A stretch of DNA of 64,000 bases from Candidatus Poseidoniales archaeon. Its GTDB lineage: Archaea; Thermoplasmatota; Poseidoniia; Poseidoniales; Poseidoniaceae. The DNA lies in assembly GCA_038106355.1 (NCBI GenBank), contig JAYODQ010000005.1, positions 9,301 through 73,300 of the forward strand. The letters are read 5' to 3'. The stretch's first letter is position 1; each line of letters begins with the position of its first letter. The position numbers and the translations under genes were made by a program. Below are positions 42,212-50,537 of the stretch, in pieces. The notes beneath the pieces were generated by a model, which saw nothing but the letters and a program-made list of their open reading frames with translations, searched no databases and was not told where the DNA came from.

Positions 42212-44727
42212 CGGCCCATGACAGCACGGTGAACAAGGGCTTGGACCTCTTTCATTTTGGAACTTGCACCAAGTTCTCTGTACACTGAGAGTGCCCGTTG
42301 TAGATATTCCATACGTCGTTGTCTGTCGGGGGTCACCCCACCCAATCGCGTAAGTAACTCACCGATTTGCATCCTTAGATCGTTTGCTTCAGCAACAACA
42401 AGAGCCTCCCTGTAGCGCTCCATTGCCTCTTCTTTTCTACCTGCATCCTGCAAAACTTCACCAAGCAAGATTGTGATATCAACAAGCGTGACGACATCAC
42501 CTGTATCATTCATCGTCTCTAGTGATGATGTGTAATGGTGCAAAGCTAACTTTGAATCTCCTATTTTGGCGTAATATCGACCAAGAACAGATTGTGCCCT
42601 TGCATGTAATTTCTCATCATCAAGTTCTTGTGTTTTTTCAAAGCAATTCAACGCGTGATCTCTCGCTCTCTCGATTTCATCCAAATCAATGAGGGCACGA
42701 GTAAGGGTGAGTCGATGAGACAACAAGGTTTCATCATCTGAATCTGCAACAATCTTCTCAACTTCTGCGTAAGCTTCGAGTGCAGTTGCTTTGTCATTCT
42801 TTCTTCGATATAAATATCCAAGATTGTTATATGTCCTTGCTGCAAGTTTGTTGTTTTTGAGTTTGATGTAATGTTGTAAAGCTTCAGTATGCCGCTCCAT
42901 TGCAAGGTCAATGTTTCCTTGTTTCCTTGCTACATCTGCTAATGAGGAGAGAATATTAGCTTTGACTTCAACACTCTTTGAATCGCACATTGAAATCGCA
43001 TAATCAAAGGCTGCCTCTGCTTCGTTGAGTCGACCTAATAAGGAGAACAGGTCCCCTTGAAGTTGAAGAATCTGAATTCGAGAACCTATGTCGATGCTGT
43101 CGAATTCAATCTTGTTAATATGTGCATGCAATTCCATATATCCTTGTGATATGAGTCCTTTTCCATGGTCAATAATGTGCTGAGATGCCTCTTCATGCTG
43201 GTCTGAATGAATAGCGTGATAGATGGTTTCAATGACATTGTGCAATTCATCGGATTGTGTTCTGTACCACTCGAGGCATTTTAGATGATATTCCTTCTTG
43301 AGGGTCATTGGCATACTTTGAAGCAAAAACTCTCGAATCAAATCATGAACATCGTAGAGTTCAATGTCGACTTGTCGAGCTAATCCTGAGTCAACGAGTG
43401 AATCTAGTTCATCTGTGTTTAGACCTTGTTGAGCCAATTGGTCAAGCGTTGCTGGATTTCGGTAAATTGCAATGGCGGAAAGCACTCGTTTTTGTTCTGC
43501 ACTTAACTTTGAAAAAATTTCTACTGTGACGTAATTTTCGAGCGTCTCGTGAAATGTTCCGGCCGAAGCACCACGATTAATCAATTCAAGGACAAGTGGG
43601 TGACCTCTCGATAAGCCATGAATGTACAACCATTGGTCGTCCGCCATTTTCTCATAACTGCTCAAGAGTTTGCGGCCAGAATCGGAGTCCAATCCCTCAA
43701 GGGGCAGAAATAAACTTGCAATTCGACCCTCGGCGTCTTTTGCGGGAACCACGGGCTTGAATGAACGCGAAAACAACACTAAGCCAATCTTTTCCTCAGA
43801 CTCAAGAAGTGCGAGTGTGAAGGCTTGCAATGTTTGGTGCAGCAAAATATCCGAAACTTTGTGTAAATCATCGATGACAATGAGAGACGGTGCACCTTCT
43901 ATGCCATCAATGATCATTCGAGCAGCATCTGCAGGTGTAGGATGAGGATTGGTCATTAAAAAATCGGAAAATGAAGAGTCACCGATTGAAGATAACCAAT
44001 CCGCCACAGACTCAAAAAACGGACGTGAACCCTCCCATTCTTGACAACGATGATATAACAGATTTCTCCTGTGCATAAATCGTTCAATAAGTTTGGCTGC
44101 AATCGAAGTTTTTCCAATTCCAGCAATACCTGGAACCAAGAGGGTCGTTGCTCTCGCTTCAAGCATACTTTCCATGTTATCCAATTCTCGACTTCTTCCA
44201 AAGAAATGACGAACACGAGGTAAGTCTGTGAGTGATGTCACCAACTGCTTTTCGACATGCTTCGAAAGGTCTCGCTCAATAAGGTCTGGCGATAATGTTC
44301 TTGTATCCAATATTCCATTGTCATCGAGGTATCGAATGACATCGACAGGCCTCATTTCAAAAGGCAAAGAAGACTTGATGGTTCCAAGGGTCGTTGTAAC
44401 TGACTTACCGTCGTTTAAAATGCAACGAAGCTGATATGTTTGTAACCGCACCCATGTTTCACCCGCTAATTTGATACCGATATCGGTGAGGAAGTAGGCC
44501 TTTCTTTTCCTTGAAACGCCTTTCACGTGAGCTTGTCGCTCTATCAACAATCCGTCATCTTTCAAGCCTGCAATTGCTCTCGGGACATTTGACCGAGCAA
44601 TGGCTACAGCGTTTGCAATACCCATTTGGGATAAAGCAAATGGCACTTCAATACTCGATTTAAAATCTGCATAATCAAACAAGTGTAGCAAAATACGCTC
44701 TTGGACACTAGGCTTGACAATGCTCAT
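42208..44727 (-). CDS. wHTH - STAND/Arch_ATPase-type P-loop NTPase - TPR signal-transduction regulator
   Basis: 839 aa. N-terminal winged-helix region (IANAVAIARSNVPRAIAGLKDDGLLIERQ...KRKAYFLTDIG). FFGRSRELD, Walker A LLVPGIAGIGKTS, Walker B LIVIDDLHKV. The C-terminal ~350 aa are TPR repeats (NNLGYLYRRKNDKATALEAYAE etc.). SD-like GGTGAG lies 22 nt after the adhesin stop. Confidence 0.75.
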   Translation of the reverse strand: MSIVKPSVQERILLHLFDYADFKSSIEVPFALSQMGIANAVAIARSNVPRAIAGLKDDGLLIERQAHVKGVSRKRKAYFLTDIGIKLAGETWVRLQTYQLRCILNDGKSVTTTLGTIKSSLPFEMRPVDVIRYLDDNGILDTRTLSPDLIERDLSKHVEKQLVTSLTDLPRVRHFFGRSRELDNMESMLEARATTLLVPGIAGIGKTSIAAKLIERFMHRRNLLYHRCQEWEGSRPFFESVADWLSSIGDSSFSDFLMTNPHPTPADAARMIIDGIEGAPSLIVIDDLHKVSDILLHQTLQAFTLALLESEEKIGLVLFSRSFKPVVPAKDAEGRIASLFLPLEGLDSDSGRKLLSSYEKMADDQWLYIHGLSRGHPLVLELINRGASAGTFHETLENYVTVEIFSKLSAEQKRVLSAIAIYRNPATLDQLAQQGLNTDELDSLVDSGLARQVDIELYDVHDLIREFLLQSMPMTLKKEYHLKCLEWYRTQSDELHNVIETIYHAIHSDQHEEASQHIIDHGKGLISQGYMELHAHINKIEFDSIDIGSRIQILQLQGDLFSLLGRLNEAEAAFDYAISMCDSKSVEVKANILSSLADVARKQGNIDLAMERHTEALQHYIKLKNNKLAARTYNNLGYLYRRKNDKATALEAYAEVEKIVADSDDETLLSHRLTLTRALIDLDEIERARDHALNCFEKTQELDDEKLHARAQSVLGRYYAKIGDSKLALHHYTSSLETMNDTGDVVTLVDITILLGEVLQDAGRKEEAMERYREALVVAEANDLRMQIGELLTRLGGVTPDRQRRMEYLQRALSVYRELGASSKMKEVQALVHRAVMGR

Positions 44728-44749
44728 TTAGGCTCACCGGATGCTCTGT

Positions 44750-47700
44750 TCACTGCTGTTGTTGTTGGTAATTTGGGTCTGGAACCCATTGGTTGTTTGC
44801 AGCGTCCCAAAGCCAACCTGGATGCTGGGAAACTTGTTGTGGTTGAGCAACTTGTTGAACTTCGGCAGTCTGTTGAACTGCTTGTGCGGCAGGAATCGAG
44901 ACTTCGTCATACTGTTTTTGCTTGGCCCATGCATACGGATCTTCTTCGACTTGTTGTTCATGTTGTTCTAATTCAGCATCAAATTCTTCTTCGAATTCGA
45001 TAAAGAAGTACGCACCAATGCCAAGCAGAACAATCGCTCCAAGGACGATGAATACAATCGTCAACACAGAGGAGCCCGCAGAATCATCAGTAGCGACACT
45101 CAAAACGAAATCTGCTGCTTGCGATTCACCCTCAAAACTAAATTTCTGGTCATTCATTTCGAAGAAAATTGAACGTTTACCGTCCACACCTAATTGCTGA
45201 CTTGATATTTCCATTCGCCAGGTTCCATCGGGTCCAACAACCGTAGCGTTTACACGTGCTTCTCCATTGGTGAAACGTGCAACAACAGTACTACCAGGAA
45301 GACCTTCGCCAACGAATATCGCATTGTCCGTCTGAGTGACTAAACCGCTGTCTTCTCGTTCAACTTTGAAGGAGATTGCTCGCACGAGAAAATCAACTCG
45401 ACTCGAATAGACTTTAGCTTCATTTTTGTCCTCTGCCACGAAGATGACAGAATCAAGTGACCATTCGGATATGACAGATGTTGTTTGAGCCATTGATGAT
45501 GCTGGGTTGTATGTGGCTACACCATTTGCGTCGATGATCACATATGCGAAGTACAAATCATCCTCTGAGGTCGATGCATCATCGTACACGTCAAACTCGA
45601 GGGCGTCGTTCGAAGACCCGATACCATCAGGGTCACTGAAGAACTTCGTCAAATCAATACTCGCTCCTCCACCACATCGATCAAAACTCTTCGAATTTTC
45701 ATCACAGAAAATTGTAATCGTATTTTTCCAACCTGTTTCGTTGAAAATCGGGTCGATGTTATCTGCATCAGCAGGGTTGTTGATGATGATACGAAGCCTT
45801 TCCTCTTTGGAATATTTGTCGCTATCGTAGGCTTTGACCACCACTTCATATTGTTGGTCGTGGATGAGGTTGGATGTATCCCAATTTGCAGACCATGCAC
45901 CATTGGGTGCGAAGGTGGTCACAGGGAGAGGACCGTTGTTCATCGGGAATGAACTACCACTCGCAAGGTCATAAATTTCAATGTCAACACGAGAAACGGT
46001 TCCGTCATTGTCTACTGCTACACCTTGAATCACTGTATTCGCACTGGCACGGACGACACCCATGTTCAGGCCTCCAGTCGACATATCAGCGGCTCCAATC
46101 CATGTGACTTGAACAAACGGTGCTTGATTTTCGTTAATGATGTTCAATGTTCGTGTTTCAGGAACACAAGGTTCAGGGTCATCGATACAAAAGTCTGAAT
46201 CAGCAGCCCACACTCGGAAGTCATACGATCCACTCGGGAGTTCGTTGAAATCCCAGTCGTATTCCCAACTTGGGCCTCCTTCGGTGTAGAAATGGCTTTG
46301 ATATCCATTTGGTCCAGATATGTCAAACCAAATCTGTTGGATATCATTGCCTTGCACACCAGAATATGGGTCGAACGAAGTTCCAGAGAATGTGACCTTT
46401 CCCTTGTCGTGAGTGGACCCATCATTTGGAGTTTCAACAAGAATAGTTGGAGGAACTAAGTTTAGTTTGTACACACGAACCTCGACAGGAGAGTAATCCA
46501 AGCCATCAAATGAGCGAATTCTAAAGGTCACGTCTTCTTCACCTTCTGGATGGGCAGACATATCCCATTCGAAGTACCATGTTTTGAATGGGTGATTTTC
46601 TTGGGTGATTTCGTCTACACCAGAGGTATCGAGAGCGGAATACCAATCGGTAGAATCAGGTGGTTGAATTTCGATGTCGTGAATTAAACCAAACTGCTTG
46701 TCGTATGCTGTGTTGTCGTTTGCATATGGCCACTTGACGCCATCCCATGATTCACCATTGATTTTGACCGTGGTTGCAAATGATGTACCATCGGCTTGAT
46801 CCACAGTCACACCTGGTCTCAAATTATCGAGGTTGATGATATCGTCAACTGGGCCGGATAAAATGTAATTGAAACTCTTTCGACCCTTTTCAAATTTGAA
46901 TGCCTCAACAGAGTAAAACGGCTTTTCTCTGCCGTTGAGACAATCGGGGTCAACTTCGTCGACCAAGGTATCTCCATCGTTATCAATTCCATCAGCGCAT
47001 GAATTTTCAGCGTCTCCAGTCTTTGGTGGACTTGTACCAGGAATGACATAGTTTACATCACCCACAACATGGTTCCAGTTTCGGTCGAGAAGGAAATCAG
47101 AGGGCAATGATACTTGTTGTGTGAACCCAAAGACATCGGTTCGTAGATTGAAAATCGGCAACCCTGTTGCATCCTTGATGATGACGGTCGCGTTGTAGAC
47201 ATTGCTGTTCTTTGCCTTCACTTGATACCTGACGAGTTCACCTTTTTGGATTTGAGTACCCCACTCAGTGTTTTGATTTTGCACGTGAATCATGGTTTCA
47301 TCGAAGTTTTGAACATCGGCAAAAGAAAACACGGATGCATTGTTGAGTAACTCCAAGGCAAGTGGCATTCCATTTGGCGGCATATTTGCGGTGAGTGGAA
47401 CTTGAAGACATTCATTTTGAACATATGGACATTCGGCACCCATCCATCTCACCATGACAGGATATTGAGCACCAAATCCTGGGGTGGGCATTTGTTCCGA
47501 TTGCACTGTGACTCTTGATTCGGTCACATTGTACACTTGCGATACGTTGGACCATGAATTCGATGAGAAATATGCTATTGAACCATATTTGTTACCATTG
47601 TTGTCGTCATAATTCGATATGTTTCCGGCATAACCACCGCTTGATGTTCCAGTGTTATCTTGAACATTCACAATTCCACCACGTACACGGAGAATATCGC

Positions 47701-49132
47701 CGTTACTGTTACTGATCGTGTTTCCAAGCACTGTTGCCGATGACATAAAGACGTGGACTGCGGGACAAGCAAAGTCACCACCATATTGCACGGAATTGCA
47801 CGTTCCGGTGTTGTTTGAAATGATGTTGTTTGCAAGATGTAATCTTGCTTGTGTAGGGCGGGGGACACTCCAGCCTTGGTCGTTAAAATGGTATTCACCA
47901 ATGAGCACTGGCTCCTTGGTTGTGTCTTGGATGGTGTTGTTTTCAGCAATAACGTCAGATTCACCGTAGATCCATATGCCGTTCCAACCACCAATCGGAC
48001 CAATTGTGTTTCGGTGAAGGGCAACTTCAGAAGAACGGATACCTACACCCGAGCCCTGTTCTGCTCCAGAGATGATGTTGTTGACCGCCATGACATTTGC
48101 ACCATCGTATGCCGTAATACCTGCACCTTCGTTGGTCGTGATGACGTTGTCGTACACTCGGAGAAGGTGTCGTACATTGCCAGTCATTTTGACATCGTTT
48201 GTATCAACTGCGTTACATTTGGTAACGATAGATGTATTGGTTAGCCATCCTGATGTCCTCTTCAGGAAGACGCCATAGGTATTTGACCCAATATCCAAAT
48301 TATCCATGCTGATGTACGAATCTTCAACGAAAATGAGGGAACGACCTCCTCCTTGAGTGCCGCAATCTTTTGATGCATCTCCTGAAAATTGAGAGTTGAA
48401 AACATTGAAGGTGCTTTGAATACCAATGCCTGCTGAGTATGCCCGGACTGCTGCTGCATCGTAACCTCGACCATCGATACCCAATGTAAATTCTGAGTTA
48501 TCAAGTGTAGGTGCAGCCCCATTGACTGCTAAGACATTGGAGGTATTGATGTCAGTGAACGAGAGTCCAGATGCAGTCACCCTTGAACCATCAAAAACAA
48601 GAACACCATACTGTAGTGATTGAAGAGTCTGAATGTAAATCGGATATCCATATGCTTTCTCGAAATGTGCGTTTCGGATGGAGGTGATAGCCTCATCTAT
48701 GGTGTTGCGAATGATCATTCCTGAACCGCATGCTGTATCTCCATTGTTAAGCGGACTCCCGGTTTGGTTTGAATAACATCGGCCAAGTTTGGTGTAATCT
48801 GTTGGAGTTTGCCAAATAAATCGAGCCTTGCTGGTTCCTGCAGAAGCACCACAATTGCTGTCTCCAATGCAAATTGCACCGCGAACATCGATGAATTTAC
48901 CATAAGGAATGTTGATTGTTGTACCGGAGTTAATGATGAGTTTTGAACCCTCAGCGACTTCAACGTCGCCAACGAGATTCATTGTTCCAGTCCAAGTCTC
49001 TGTCCCCGTCACAGTACCAGCAGTCGTTTCGTTTACAGCCATTGCCGATGGGATGCTCACAATACCCAACATGGTGGATGCCACCATGATGAAAACGAGC
49101 ATCAGACTTTTTGTTGTTGTTTTTGAATGCAT
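44750..49132 (-). CDS. Giant (~1,460 aa) membrane-anchored adhesin with right-handed parallel beta-helix (PbH1/NosD-like) region and Ig-like modules
   Basis: Signal MHSKTTTKSLMLVFIMVASTMLGIVSIPSAMA (ATG 49132). Beta-helix repeats (NNIISGAEQGSGVGIRS, ENNTIQDT, ANNIISNNTG, LGNTISNSNGD). CADGIDNDGDTLVDEVDPDC metal-binding-type motif. TM helix LTIVFIVLGAIVLLGIGAYFFI, then an acidic/Q-rich tail. Confidence 0.8.
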   Translation of the reverse strand: MHSKTTTKSLMLVFIMVASTMLGIVSIPSAMAVNETTAGTVTGTETWTGTMNLVGDVEVAEGSKLIINSGTTINIPYGKFIDVRGAICIGDSNCGASAGTSKARFIWQTPTDYTKLGRCYSNQTGSPLNNGDTACGSGMIIRNTIDEAITSIRNAHFEKAYGYPIYIQTLQSLQYGVLVFDGSRVTASGLSFTDINTSNVLAVNGAAPTLDNSEFTLGIDGRGYDAAAVRAYSAGIGIQSTFNVFNSQFSGDASKDCGTQGGGRSLIFVEDSYISMDNLDIGSNTYGVFLKRTSGWLTNTSIVTKCNAVDTNDVKMTGNVRHLLRVYDNVITTNEGAGITAYDGANVMAVNNIISGAEQGSGVGIRSSEVALHRNTIGPIGGWNGIWIYGESDVIAENNTIQDTTKEPVLIGEYHFNDQGWSVPRPTQARLHLANNIISNNTGTCNSVQYGGDFACPAVHVFMSSATVLGNTISNSNGDILRVRGGIVNVQDNTGTSSGGYAGNISNYDDNNGNKYGSIAYFSSNSWSNVSQVYNVTESRVTVQSEQMPTPGFGAQYPVMVRWMGAECPYVQNECLQVPLTANMPPNGMPLALELLNNASVFSFADVQNFDETMIHVQNQNTEWGTQIQKGELVRYQVKAKNSNVYNATVIIKDATGLPIFNLRTDVFGFTQQVSLPSDFLLDRNWNHVVGDVNYVIPGTSPPKTGDAENSCADGIDNDGDTLVDEVDPDCLNGREKPFYSVEAFKFEKGRKSFNYILSGPVDDIINLDNLRPGVTVDQADGTSFATTVKINGESWDGVKWPYANDNTAYDKQFGLIHDIEIQPPDSTDWYSALDTSGVDEITQENHPFKTWYFEWDMSAHPEGEEDVTFRIRSFDGLDYSPVEVRVYKLNLVPPTILVETPNDGSTHDKGKVTFSGTSFDPYSGVQGNDIQQIWFDISGPNGYQSHFYTEGGPSWEYDWDFNELPSGSYDFRVWAADSDFCIDDPEPCVPETRTLNIINENQAPFVQVTWIGAADMSTGGLNMGVVRASANTVIQGVAVDNDGTVSRVDIEIYDLASGSSFPMNNGPLPVTTFAPNGAWSANWDTSNLIHDQQYEVVVKAYDSDKYSKEERLRIIINNPADADNIDPIFNETGWKNTITIFCDENSKSFDRCGGGASIDLTKFFSDPDGIGSSNDALEFDVYDDASTSEDDLYFAYVIIDANGVATYNPASSMAQTTSVISEWSLDSVIFVAEDKNEAKVYSSRVDFLVRAISFKVEREDSGLVTQTDNAIFVGEGLPGSTVVARFTNGEARVNATVVGPDGTWRMEISSQQLGVDGKRSIFFEMNDQKFSFEGESQAADFVLSVATDDSAGSSVLTIVFIVLGAIVLLGIGAYFFIEFEEEFDAELEQHEQQVEEDPYAWAKQKQYDEVSIPAAQAVQQTAEVQQVAQPQQVSQHPGWLWDAANNQWVPDPNYQQQQQ

Positions 49133-49162
49133 ACCTACACCTAAATTTTGCCACAACAATTG

Positions 49163-49173
49163 AGAATATAATA
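49163..49173 (-). promoter_or_regulatory. TATA-like element upstream of the beta-helix adhesin gene
   Basis: The minus strand reads GTATTATATTC about 36 nt upstream of the ATG at 49132, inside a 167-nt AT-rich spacer. AGGTG lies at -10 to -6. Confidence 0.3.
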
Positions 49174-49254
49174 CTGCTCATCAATTGTTAAATTAATAGT
49201 ATCAATATTCGATAAGAATATCAATAAAATAGGCGGAATTCGAAGGTTTTTTTC

Positions 49255-49276
49255 CATAAAACAAGCAATAAAATGG
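49255..49276 (-). terminator. Oligo-T tract downstream of the subtilase gene (candidate archaeal terminator)
   Basis: The minus strand reads CCATTTTATTGCTTGTTTTATG, 24-45 nt after the stop at 49300. Confidence 0.3.
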
Positions 49277-49299
49277 TTGATATTGTCGTATTTTATTGA

Positions 49300-50517
49300 T
49301 CAACACGAACTTATTTTACCCACTTCTTCAAGCCATTTCGCTGCATTGAGGACTCCATAGCCACTTTTTGAATCGTGTTGGGGTGCAACTTCATCGTTCG
49401 CGGTTGACCTCATCAACGCCATTTTTACAGCATCAATACACTGGCCATTTGATGTGCTTGTATGTTTGAATTGTGGATGCTCTTGGAGGATGAGAGCAAG
49501 TACACCGGTAACAAACACCGTTGAATCGGAGGTGCCACTGCTTGAATACCACGCATTCTGTTCCCCGGTGCTTACAATTTGAACGCCTGGTGCAATGATT
49601 TCTGGTTTCAAGTGAGGATGCTCACGGGAGGACCCATCGCTCAAGGTTTGATTTCCAATGGATGAATTGACCCAAACATTTCCTAATCTGTCATGAGCTC
49701 CTACGGTGATGACTCGCGGTACATTTCCTGGAGATGACACATCGCCGTCATCATCCACTCCACCATCATTCCCTGCAGCAGCAACAACATAGACTCCCTG
49801 ATCGGTAACTTGACGTGTAGCAGAAACAGAGCGACTTTCAACTTCCTGTTCATTTTGATGCATGCCACCAAGAGATAATGAAATAATATCTGCATCAAAG
49901 ACTTCATTGCACCAACGTATTGCATCTGCAACGATGGATTCTTCACCAGTATTCATGCCGTTTGCATCTTCGTTCAAAGCAGCAACCATTGCGAAATTTA
50001 CTGATGGTGCTGCTCCGAGTTGATGGTTTTGTCCAAGTAAAATCCCGGCCATGAGCGTTCCATGTGCTATCGCACCATACTCGACTGGGGAACTGCTGCC
50101 ACCTACAAAGTCTTTGAAAACGATGGTTAATCCTTCGAATGCGTCATGTGTAAAATCAATACCTGTATCAACCATACAAACGTTGACTCCACTACCATCG
50201 AGACCCATTTCTTGCAATTCACGAATCCCTGTATCGTCAAACGCCCACTCAGATTTGGGTGGAGGTAGTTCAATAATGAGCCACTCAAACCTCCACACAA
50301 TCACCAAGAGTGAGGCGAAAAGGGCCAAGGCAAAGGCACGAGAAAAAATGGCAAACGGCCGATATGTTTGGCCGATGGGCCTTACAATGGATGGAAGCCA
50401 TCCTGTTACTCCCGAGCGCCATTCATCTTCGTAACCTGCAATTGACGGATCGACTGCTGAAACTACCCGAGGTTCATTTGGCTCTGGTAAATACTCAACA
50501 TTTCGAAGTTCATCCAT
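49300..50517 (-). CDS. Membrane-anchored subtilisin-like serine protease (S8)
   Basis: D-H-S triad in subtilase order: VCMVDTGID, AHGTLMAGIL, AAAGNDGG (oxyanion Asn), SGTSDSTVFVTGVLAL. N-terminal signal-anchor FALALFASLLVIVW. ATG at 50517 (MDELRN) lies 20 nt after the aglB stop; the track start 50631 would overlap aglB. Confidence 0.85.
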   Translation of the reverse strand: MDELRNVEYLPEPNEPRVVSAVDPSIAGYEDEWRSGVTGWLPSIVRPIGQTYRPFAIFSRAFALALFASLLVIVWRFEWLIIELPPPKSEWAFDDTGIRELQEMGLDGSGVNVCMVDTGIDFTHDAFEGLTIVFKDFVGGSSSPVEYGAIAHGTLMAGILLGQNHQLGAAPSVNFAMVAALNEDANGMNTGEESIVADAIRWCNEVFDADIISLSLGGMHQNEQEVESRSVSATRQVTDQGVYVVAAAGNDGGVDDDGDVSSPGNVPRVITVGAHDRLGNVWVNSSIGNQTLSDGSSREHPHLKPEIIAPGVQIVSTGEQNAWYSSSGTSDSTVFVTGVLALILQEHPQFKHTSTSNGQCIDAVKMALMRSTANDEVAPQHDSKSGYGVLNAAKWLEEVGKISSC

Positions 50518-50537
50518 GAACTTCGACCCCGAAGTAC

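Noticed and set aside
42208-44727. STAND-TPR protein as an Avs-like antiviral defence sensor or a defence island
   Set aside because: The N-terminal module is a winged-helix DNA-binding-type domain rather than a nuclease, protease or TIR effector. No other defence genes (RM, CRISPR-Cas, toxin-antitoxin) are visible nearby. It is treated as a probable transcriptional switch instead.
44750-44824. Idea that the GW...W tails are WW domains
   Set aside because: The Trp residues are only ~4-9 residues apart, versus ~20-22 in WW domains, and the intervening beta-strand residues are absent. I retained it only as a short shared-motif observation.
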